NCBI GenBank assembly: GCA_964016885.1
Contig: OZ024740.1
Span: forward strand, 203,670,001 to 203,734,000
Source of the DNA: Eledone cirrhosa
Taxonomy: Eukaryota
Direction: 5' to 3'
DNA: 64,000 nucleotides
Part shown: piece after piece, positions 52,801 to 64,000 of the stretch
Position numbering within the stretch: position 1 is the first letter of the stretch
How the letters are laid out: each line of letters begins with the position of its first letter
The notes under the pieces: generated by a model
Seen by the model: only the letters and a program-made list of their open reading frames with translations
Databases searched by the model: none
Told to the model about the DNA's origin: nothing
Position numbers and translations under genes: made by a program

Positions 52801-55800
52801 CTGGTGTTTCTTACCTGACTATATATTGGTATGTTTCTTACATGGCTATATATTGGTGTGTTTCTTACCTGGCTATATATTGGTATGTTTCTTACCTGGT
52901 TATATATTGGTGTTTCGTACCTGGCTATATATTGGTGTTTCTTACCTGACTATATATTGGTGTTTCTTACCTCGCTATATATTGGTATGTTTCTTACCTG
53001 GCTATATATTGGTATGTTTCTTACCTCGCTATATATTGGTATGTTTCTTACCTGACTATATATTGGTGTTTCTTACCTGGCTATATATTCGTGTTTCTTA
53101 CCTGGCTATATATTGGTATGTTTCTGACCTGGCTACATATTGGTGTTTCTTACCTGGCTCTATATTGATGTGTTTATTACCTGGCTATATATATTGGTAT
53201 GTTTCTTACCTGGCTATATATTGGTATGCTTCTTACCTGGCTATATATTGGTGTTTCTTACCTGGCTATATATTGTTATGTTTCTTACCTGGCTATATAT
53301 TAGTATGTTTCTTACCTGGCTATATATTGGTGTTTCTTACCTGGCTATATATTGGTATGTTTCTTACCTGGCTATATATTGGTATGTTTCTTACCTGGCC
53401 ATATATTGGTGTTTCCTACCTGGCTATGTTTTAGTATGTTTCTTACCTGGCTATATATTGCTATGTTTCTTACCTGGCTATATATTGGTGTTTCTTACCT
53501 GGCTATATATTGGTTTTCTTACCTGGCTCTATATTGATGTGTTTCTTACCTGGCTATATATTAGTATGTTTCTTACCTGGCTATATATTGGTGTTTCTTA
53601 CCTGGCTATATATTGGTATGTTTCTTACCTGGCTATATATTGCTATGTTTCTTACCTGGCTATATATTGGTGTTTCTTTCCTGGCTATATATTGGTATGC
53701 TTCTCACCTGGCTATATATTGGTGTGTTATTTACCTGGCTATATATTGGTATGTTTCTTACCTGGCTATATATTGGTGTTTCTTTCCTGGCTATATATTG
53801 ATGTGTTTCTTACCTGGCTATATATTGGTGTGTTTCTTACCTGGCTATATATTGGTGTTTCTTACCTGGCTATATATTGGTGTGTTTCGTACCTGGCAAT
53901 ATATTGGTGTTCTTTACCTGGCTATATATATTGGTATGTTTCTTACCTGGCTATATATTGGTATATTTCTTACTTGGCTATATATTGGTTGTGTTTATTA
54001 CCTGGGTATATATTGGTGTGTTTCTTAACTGGCTATATATTGGTATGTTTCTTACCTGGCTATATATTGGTGTTTCTTACCTGGCTATATGTTGGTGTTT
54101 CTTACCTGGCTATATATTGGTATGTTTCTTACCTGGCTATATATTGGTGTTTCTTACCTGGCTATATATTGTAGATTCTTACCTGGCTATATATTGGTAT
54201 TTTTCTTACCTGACTATATATTGGTTTTTCTTACCTGGCTATATATTGGTGTTTCTTACCTGGCTATATATTGGTATGTTGCTTACCTGGCTATATATTG
54301 GTGCTTCTTACCTGGCTATATATTGGTGTGTTTCTTACCTTGCTATATATTGGTATGTTTCTTACCTGCCTATATTTTGGTGTGTTTCTTACCTGGCTAT
54401 ATATTGGTATGTTTCTTACCTGGCTATATATTGGTGTGTTTCTTACCTGGCTATATATTGGTGTTTCTTACCTGGCTATATATTGGTGTTTCTTACCTGG
54501 CTATATATTGGTGTTTCTTACCTGGCTATATACTGGTATGTTTCTTACCTGGCTAGATATTGGTGTGTTTTTTACCTGCCTATATTTTGGTGTGTTTCTT
54601 ACCTGGCTATATATTGGTATGTTTCTTACCTAGCTATATATTGGTATGTTTCTTACCTGGCTATATATTGGTATGTTTCTTACCTGGCTATATATTGGTG
54701 TTTCTTACCTGGCTATATATTGGTATGTTTCTTACCTGGCTATATATTGGTGTTTCTTACCTGGCTATATATTGGTGTGTTTCTTACCTGGCTATATATT
54801 GGTGTGTTTCTTACCTGGGTATATGTTAGTGTGTTTCTTACCTGGCTATATATTGGTGTTCCTTACCTGGCTATATATTGGTATGTTTCTTACCTGGCTA
54901 TATATTGGTGTTTCTTACCTGGCTATATATTGGTGTGTTTCTTACCTGGCTATATATTGGTATGTTTCTTACCTGGCTATATATTGGTGTGTTTCTTACC
55001 TGGCTATATATTGCTATGTTTCTTACCAGGCTATATATTGGTGCTTCTTACCAGGCTATATATTGGTGTTTCTTACCAGGCTATATATTGGTGCTTCTTA
55101 CCTGGCTATATATTGGAGTTTCTTACCTGGCTATATATTGGTATGTTGCTTACCTGGCTTTATATTGGTGTTTCTTACCTGGCTATATGTTGGTATGTTA
55201 CTTACCTCGCTATATATTGGTATGTTTCTTACCTGACTATATATTGGTGTTTCTTGCCTGGCTATATATTGGTGTTTCTTACCTGGCTATATATTGGTAT
55301 GTTACTTACGTGGCTATATATTGGTGTTTCTTACCTGGGTATATATTAGTGTGTTTCTTACCTGGCTATATACTGGTGTTTCTTACCTGACTATATATTG
55401 GTATGTTTCTTACCTGGCTAGATATTGGTGTGTTTTTTACCTGCCTATATTTTGGTGTGTTTCTTACCTGGCTATATATTGGTATGTTTCTTACCTAGCT
55501 ATATATTGGTATGTTTCTTACCTGGCTATATATCGGTATGTTTCTTACCTGGCTATATATTGGTGTTTCTTACCTGGCTATATATTGGTATGTTTCTTAC
55601 CTGGCTATATATTGGTATGTTTCTTACCTGGCTATATATTGGTGTTTCTTACCTGGCTATATATTGGTATGTTTCTTACCTGGCTATATATTGGTGTTTC
55701 TTACCTGGCTATATATTGGTGTGTTTCTTACCTGGCTATATATTGGTGTGTTTCTTACCTGGGTATATGTTAGTGTGTTTCTTACCTGGCTATATATTGG

Positions 55801-58800
55801 TGTTTCTTACCTGGCTATATATTGGTGTGTTTCTTACTTGGCTATATATTGGTGTGTTTCTTACCTGGCTATATATTGGTGTTTCTTACCTGGCTATATA
55901 TTGGGGTGTTTCTTACCTGGCTATATATTGGTGTGTTTCTTTCCTGGCTATATATTGGTGTGTTTCTTACCTGGCTATATATTGGTGTTCTTTACCTGGC
56001 TATATATATTGGTATGTTTCTTACCTGGCTATATATTGGTATGCTTCTTACCTGGCTATATATTGGTGTTTCTTACCTGGCTATATATAGGTATGTTTCT
56101 TACCTGGCTATATATTAGTATGTTTCCTACCTGGCTATATATTGGTGTTTCTTACCTGGCTATATATTGGTATGTTTCTTACCTGGCTATATATTGGTAT
56201 GTTTCTTACCTGGCCATATATTGGTGTTTCCTACCTGGCTATATATCGGTATTGCTTACCTGGCTATATATTGGTGTGTTTTTTACCTGCCTATATTTTG
56301 ATGTGTTTCTTACCTGGATATATATTGGTATGTTTCTTACCTGGCTATATATTGGTGTGTTTCTTACCTGGCTATATATTGGTATGTTTCTTACCTGGCT
56401 ATATATTGGTATGTTTCTTACCTGGCTATATATTGGTGTTTTTTACCTGGCTATATATTGGTATGTTTCTTACCTGGCTATATATTGGTATGTTTCTTAC
56501 CTGGCTATATATTGGTGTGTTTCTTACCTGGCTATATATTGGTGTGTTTCTTACCTGACTATATATTGGTGTGTTTCTTACCTGGGTATATATTAGTGTG
56601 TTTCTTAACTGGCTATATACTGGTGTTTCTTACCTGGCTATATATTGGTATATTTCTTACCTGGCTATATATTGCTGTTTCTTACCTGGCTATATATTGG
56701 TGTGTTTCTTACCTGGCTATATATTGGTGTGTTTCTTACATGGATATATATTAGTATGTTTCTTACCTGGCTATATATTGGTGTGTTTCTTACCTGGCTA
56801 TATATTGGTGTGTTTCTTACCTGGCTATATATTGATGTGTTTCTTACCTGGCTATATATTGGTGTGTTTCTCACCTGGCTATATATTGGTGTGTTTCTTA
56901 CCTGGCTATATATTGGTGTGTTTCTTACCTGGCTATATATTGGTGTGTGTTTTACCTTGCTATATTTTGGTGTGTTTCTTACCTGGTTATATATTAGTAT
57001 GTTTCTTACCTGGCTATATATTGGTGTGTTTCTTACCTGGCTATATGTTGGTATGTTACTTACCTCGCTATATATTGGTATGTTTCTTACCTGACTATAT
57101 ATTGGTGTTTCTTACCTGGCTATATATTGGTGTTTCTTACCTGGCTATATATTGGTATGTTTCTTACGTGGCTATATATTGGTGTTTCTTACCTGGGTAT
57201 ATATTAGTGTGTTTCTTACCTGGCTATATACTGGTGTTTCTTACCTGACTATATATTGGTATGTTTCTTACCTGGCTATATATTGGTGTTTCTTACCTGG
57301 CTATATATTGGTATGTTTCTTACCTGGCTATATATTGGTGTGTTTCTTACCTGGCTATATATTGGTGTTTCTTACCTGGCTATATATTGGTGTGTTTCTT
57401 ACCTGGCTATATATTGGTATGTTTCTTACCTGGCTATATATTGGTGTTTCTTACCTGGTTATATATTGATGTGTTTCTTACCTGGCTATATATTGGTGTG
57501 TTTCTTTCCTGGCTATATATTGGTATGTTTCTTACCTGGTTATATATTGGTGTTTCGTACCTGGCTATATATTGGTGTTTCTTACCTGACTATATATTGG
57601 TGTTTCTTACCTGGCTATATATTGGTATGTTTCTTACCTGGCTATATATTGGTGTTTCTTACCTGGCTATATATTGGTATGTTTCTTACCTGACTATATA
57701 TTGGTGTTTCTTACCAGGCTATATATTCGTGTTTCTTACCTGGCTATATATTGGTATGTTTCTTACCTGGCTATATATTGATGTTTCTTACCTGCTCTAT
57801 ATATTGGTGTTCTTTACCTGGCTATATATATTGGTATGTTTCTTAGCTGGCTATATATTGGTATGCTTCTTACCTGGCTATATATTGGTGTTTCTTACCT
57901 GGCTATATATTGTTATGTTTCTTACCTGGCTATATATTGGTATGTTTCTTACCTGGCTATATATTGGTGTGTTTCTTACCTGGCTATATATTGCTATGTT
58001 TCTTACCAGGCTATATATTGGTGCTTCTTACCAGGCTATATATTGGTGTTTCTTACCAGGCTATATATTGGTGCTTCTTACCTGGCTATATATTGGAGTT
58101 TCTTACCTGGCTATATATTGGTATGTTGCTTACCTGGCTTTATATTGGTGTTTCTTACCTGGCTATATGTTGGTATGTTACTTACCTCGCTATATATTGG
58201 TATGTTTCTTACCTGACTATATATTGGTGTTTCTTGCCTGGCTATATATTGGTGTTTCTTACCTGGCTATATATTGGTATGTTACTTACGTGGCTATATA
58301 TTGGTGTTTCTTACCTGGGTATATATTAGTGTGTTTCTTACCTGGCTATATACTGGTGTTTCTTACCTGACTATATATTGGTATGTTTCTTACCTGGCTA
58401 GATATTGGTGTGTTTTTTACCTGCCTATATTTTGGTGTGTTTCTTACCTGGCTATATATTGGTATGTTTCTTACCTAGCTATATATTGGTATGTTTCTTA
58501 CCTGGCTATATATCGGTATGTTTCTTACCTGGCTATATATTGGTGTTTCTTACCTGGCTATATATTGGTATGTTTCTTACCTGGCTATATATTGGTATGT
58601 TTCTTACCTGGCTATATATTGGTGTTTCTTACCTGGCTATATATTGGTATGTTTCTTACCTGGCTATATATTGGTGTTTCTTACCTGGCTATATATTGGT
58701 GTGTTTCTTACCTGGCTATATATTGGTGTGTTTCTTACCTGGGTATATGTTAGTGTGTTTCTTACCTGGCTATATATTGGTGTTTCTTACCTGGCTATAT

Positions 58801-61800
58801 ATTGGTGTGTTTCTTACTTGGCTATATATTGGTGTGTTTCTTACCTGGCTATATATTGGTGTTTCTTACCTGGCTATATATTGGGGTGTTTCTTACCTGG
58901 CTATATATTGGTGTGTTTCTTTCCTGGCTATATATTGGTGTGTTTCTTACCTGGCTATATATTGGTGTTCTTTACCTGGCTATATATATTGGTATGTTTC
59001 TTACCTGGCTATATATTGGTATGCTTCTTACCTGGCTATATATTGGTGTTTCTTACCTGGCTATATATAGGTATGTTTCTTACCTGGCTATATATTAGTA
59101 TGTTTCCTACCTGGCTATATATTGGTGTTTCTTACCTGGCTATATATTGGTATGTTTCTTACCTGGCTATATATTGGTATGTTTCTTACCTGGCCATATA
59201 TTGGTGTTTCCTACCTGGCTATATATCGGTATTGCTTACCTGGCTATATATTGGTGTGTTTTTTACCTGCCTATATTTTGATGTGTTTCTTACCTGGATA
59301 TATATTGGTATGTTTCTTACCTGGCTATATATTGGTGTGTTTCTTACCTGGCTATATATTGGTATGTTTCTTACCTGGCTATATATTGGTATGTTTCTTA
59401 CCTGGCTATATATTGGTGTTTTTTACCTGGCTATATATTGGTATGTTTCTTACCTGGCTATATATTGGTATGTTTCTTACCTGGCTATATATTGGTGTGT
59501 TTCTTACCTGGCTATATATTGGTGTGTTTCTTACCTGACTATATATTGGTGTGTTTCTTACCTGGGTATATATTAGTGTGTTTCTTAACTGGCTATATAC
59601 TGGTGTTTCTTACCTGGCTATATATTGGTATATTTCTTACCTGGCTATATATTGCTGTTTCTTACCTGGCTATATATTGGTGTGTTTCTTACCTGGCTAT
59701 ATATTGGTGTGTTTCTTACATGGATATATATTAGTATGTTTCTTACCTGGCTATATATTGGTGTGTTTCTTACCTGGCTATATATTGGTGTGTTTCTTAC
59801 CTGGCTATATATTGATGTGTTTCTTACCTGGCTATATATTGGTGTGTTTCTCACCTGGCTATATATTGGTGTGTTTCTTACCTGGCTATATATTGGTGTG
59901 TTTCTTACCTGGCTATATATTGGTGTGTGTTTTACCTTGCTATATTTTGGTGTGTTTCTTACCTGGTTATATATTAGTATGTTTCTTACCTGGCTATATA
60001 TTGGTGTGTTTCTTACCTGGCTATATGTTGGTATGTTACTTACCTCGCTATATATTGGTATGTTTCTTACCTGACTATATATTGGTGTTTCTTACCTGGC
60101 TATATATTGGTGTTTCTTACCTGGCTATATATTGGTATGTTTCTTACGTGGCTATATATTGGTGTTTCTTACCTGGGTATATATTAGTGTGTTTCTTACC
60201 TGGCTATATACTGGTGTTTCTTACCTGACTATATATTGGTATGTTTCTTACCTGGCTATATATTGGTGTTTCTTACCTGGCTATATATTGGTATGTTTCT
60301 TACCTGGCTATATATTGGTGTGTTTCTTACCTGGCTATATATTGGTGTTTCTTACCTGGCTATATATTGGTGTGTTTCTTACCTGGCTATATATTGGTAT
60401 GTTTCTTACCTGGCTATATATTGGTGTTTCTTACCTGGTTATATATTGATGTGTTTCTTACCTGGCTATATATTGGTGTGTTTCTTTCCTGGCTATATAT
60501 TGGTATGTTTCTTACCTGGTTATATATTGGTGTTTCGTACCTGGCTATATATTGGTGTTTCTTACCTGACTATATATTGGTGTTTCTTACCTGGCTATAT
60601 ATTGGTATGTTTCTTACCTGGCTATATATTGGTGTTTCTTACCTGGCTATATATTGGTATGTTTCTTACCTGACTATATATTGGTGTTTCTTACCAGGCT
60701 ATATATTCGTGTTTCTTACCTGGCTATATATTGGTATGTTTCTTACCTGGCTATATATTGATGTTTCTTACCTGCTCTATATATTGGTGTTCTTTACCTG
60801 GCTATATATATTGGTATGTTTCTTAGCTGGCTATATATTGGTATGCTTCTTACCTGGCTATATATTGGTGTTTCTTACCTGGCTATATATTGTTATGTTT
60901 CTTACCTGGCTATATATTTGTATGTTTCTTACCTGGCTATATATTGGTGTTTCTTAACTGGCTATATATATTGGTATGTTTCTTACCTGGCTATATAGTG
61001 GTATGTTTCTTACCTGGCCATATATTGGTGTTTCCTACCTGGCTATATTTTGGTATGTTTCTTACCTGGCTATATATTGCTATGTTTCTTACCTGGCTAT
61101 ATATTGGTGTTTCTTACCTGGCTATATTTTGGTGTTTCTTACCTGGCTCTATATTGATGTGTTTCTTTCCTGGCTATATATTCGTATGCTTCTCACCTGG
61201 CTATATATTGGTGTGTTTTTTACCTGGCTATATATTGGTATGTTTCTTACCTGGCTATATATTGGTGTTTCTTACCTGGCTATATATTGCTGTGTTTCTT
61301 ACCTGGCTATATATTGGTGTGTTTCTTACCTGGCTATATATTGGTGTGTTTCTTACCTGACTATATATTGGTGTGTTTCTTACCTGGCTATATATTGGTG
61401 TTCTTTACCTGGCTATATATATTGGTATGTTTCTTACCTGGCTATATATTGGTATGTTTCTTACCTGGCTATATATTGGTGTGTTTCTTACCTGGCTATA
61501 TATTGGTGTGTTTCCTACCTGACTATATATTGGTGTGTTTCTTACCTGGCTATATATTGGTGTTCTTTACCTGGGTATACATTGGTGTGTTTCTTACCTG
61601 GCTATATATTGGTATGTTTCTTACCTGGCTATATATTGGTGTTTCTTACCTGGGTATATGTTGGTGTTTTTTACCTGGCTATATATTGGTATGTTTCTTA
61701 CCTGGCTATATATTGGTGTTTCTTACCTGGCTATATATTGGTGCTTCTTACCTGGCTATATATTGTAGCTTCTTACCTGGTTATATATTGGTATTTTTCT

Positions 61801-64000
61801 TACCTGACTATATATTGGTGTTTCTTACCTGGCTATATATTGGTGTTTCTTACCTGGCTATATATTGGTATGTTGCTTACCTGGCTATATATTGGTGCTT
61901 CTTACCTGGCTATATATTGGTGTGTTTCTTACCTGGCTATATATTGGTATGTTTCTTACCTGGCTATATATTGGTGTGTTTCTGATCTGGCTCTATATTG
62001 ATGTGTTTCTTACCTGGCTATATATTGGTATTGCTTACCTGGCTATATATTGGTGTTTCTTACCTGGCTATATATTGCTGTTTCTTATCTGGCTATATAC
62101 TGGTATGTTTCTTACCTGGCTATATATTGGTGTGTTTTTTACCTGCCTATATTTTGGTGTGTTTCTTACCTGGCTATATATTGGTATGTTCCTTACCTGG
62201 CTATATATTGGTGTGTTTCTTACCTGGCTATGTATTGGTGTTTCTTACCTGGCTATATATTGGTGTTTCTTACCTGGATATATATTGGTGTTTCTTACCT
62301 GGCTATATACTGGTATGTTTCTTACCTGGTTATATATTGGTGTGTTTTTTACCTGCCAATATTTTGGCGTGTTTCTTACCTGGCTATATATTGGTATGAT
62401 TCTTACCTAGCTATATATTGGTATGTTTCTTACCTGGCTATATATTGGTATGTTTCTTACCTGGCTATATATTGGTGTTTCTTACCTGGCTATATATTGG
62501 TCTGTTTCTTACCTGGCTATATATTGGTGTTCTTTACCTGGCTATATATATTGGTATGTTTCTTACCTGGCTATATATTGGTATGCTTCTTACCTGGCTA
62601 TATATTGGTGTTTCTTACCTGGCTATATATAGGTATGTTTCTTACCTGGCTATATATTAGTATGTTTCCTACCTGGCTATATATTGGTGTTTCTTACCTG
62701 GCTATATATTGGTATGTTTCTTACCTGGCTATATATTGGTATGTTTCTTACCTGGCCATATATTGGTGTTTCCTACCTGGCTATATATCGGTATTGCTTA
62801 CCTGGCTATATATTGGTGTGTTTTTTACCTGCCTATATTTTGATGTGTTTCTTACCTGGATATATATTGGTATGTTTCTTACCTGGCTATATATTGGTGT
62901 GTTTCTTACCTGGCTATATATTGGTATGTTTCTTACCTGGCTATATATTGGTATGTTTCTTACCTGGCTATATATTGGTGTTTTTTACCTGGCTATATAT
63001 TGGTATGTTTCTTACCTGGCTATATATTGGTATGTTTCTTACCTGGCTATATATTGGTATGTTTCTTACCTGGCTATATATTGGTGTGTTTCTTACCTGG
63101 CTATATATTGGTGTGTTTCTTACCTGACTATATATTGGTGTGTTTCTTACCTGGGTATATATTAGTGTGTTTCTTAACTGGCTATATACTGGTGTTTCTT
63201 ACCTGGCTATATATTGGTATATTTCTTACCTGGCTATATATTGCTGTTTCTTACCTGGCTATATATTGGTGTGTTTCTTACCTGGCTATATATTGGTGTG
63301 TTTCTTACATGGATATATATTAGTATGTTTCTTACCTGGCTATATATTGGTGTGTTTCTTACCTGGCTATATATTGGTGTGTTTCTTACCTGGCTATATA
63401 TTGATGTGTTTCTTACCTGGCTATATATTGGTGTGTTTCTCACCTGGCTATATATTGGTGTGTTTCTTACCTGGCTATATATTGGTGTGTTTCTTACCTG
63501 GCTATATATTGGTGTGTGTTTTACCTTGCTATATTTTGGTGTGTTTCTTACCTGGTTATATATTAGTATGTTTCTTACCTGGCTATATATTGGTGTGTTT
63601 CTTACCTGGCTATATGTTGGTATGTTACTTACCTCGCTATATATTGGTATGTTTCTTACCTGACTATATATTGGTGTTTCTTACCTGGCTATATATTGGT
63701 GTTTCTTACCTGGCTATATATTGGTATGTTTCTTACGTGGCTATATATTGGTGTTTCTTACCTGGGTATATATTAGTGTGTTTCTTACCTGGCTATATAC
63801 TGGTGTTTCTTACCTGACTATATATTGGTATGTTTCTTACCTGGCTATATATTGGTGTTTCTTACCTGGCTATATATTGGTATGTTTCTTACCTGGCTAT
63901 ATATTGGTGTGTTTCTTACCTGGCTATATATTGGTGTTTCTTACCTGGCTATATATTGGTGTGTTTCTTACCTGGCTATATATTGGTATGTTTCTTACCT
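31876..64000. repeat. Satellite of 25/27-bp units, consensus TTTCTTACCTGGCTATATATTGG(TG/TA)TG, running off the window end
   Basis: About 32 kb uninterrupted, roughly 1,200 units by length. Variant units recur in kb-scale blocks. Confidence 0.99.

Noticed and set aside
31650-63817. Many long hydrophobic ORFs (up to 1087 aa) on the plus strand
   Set aside because: The satellite consensus has no stop codon in any plus frame. All three frames are open and swap with 25/27-bp units, so these are repeat artefacts.
31876-64000. CRISPR-like array (27-bp repeats)
   Set aside because: Units are contiguous with no unique spacers; no cas genes; eukaryotic context.

Overview
AT-rich, microsatellite-dense animal intergenic DNA, probably octopus/cephalopod (inferred from composition and SINE types). 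No host protein-coding gene is recognisable. The first ~31.8 kb is a nest of mobile elements inserted in (TA)n tracts: a near full-length Penelope-like element (PLE, RT + GIY-YIG, one frameshift, ~630-bp direct pLTRs), two truncated PLEs, Helitron pieces, CR1-type and Tx1-type LINE 3' ends, two RTE-derived bipartite elements, tRNA-SINEs, a Chapaev3-like relic and MITEs. This region carries an unusual density of type I hammerhead ribozyme (HHR) motifs: 13 recognisable copies (some with core or stem defects) from about six sequence families, plus degenerate relics. The standout is a ~4.7-copy tandem array of a 630-bp unit (28291-31245) with one HHR per unit, i.e. a retrozyme-like array. Intact-core and mutant-core copies alternate, and the array sits inside an element with 287-bp terminal inverted repeats. 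The remaining ~32 kb (31876-64000) is a 25/27-bp satellite with kb-scale block duplications. Its unit matches the U1 snRNA 5' end on + and reads as a consensus 5' splice site on -. All structures were read by eye; no database search or folding program was run.
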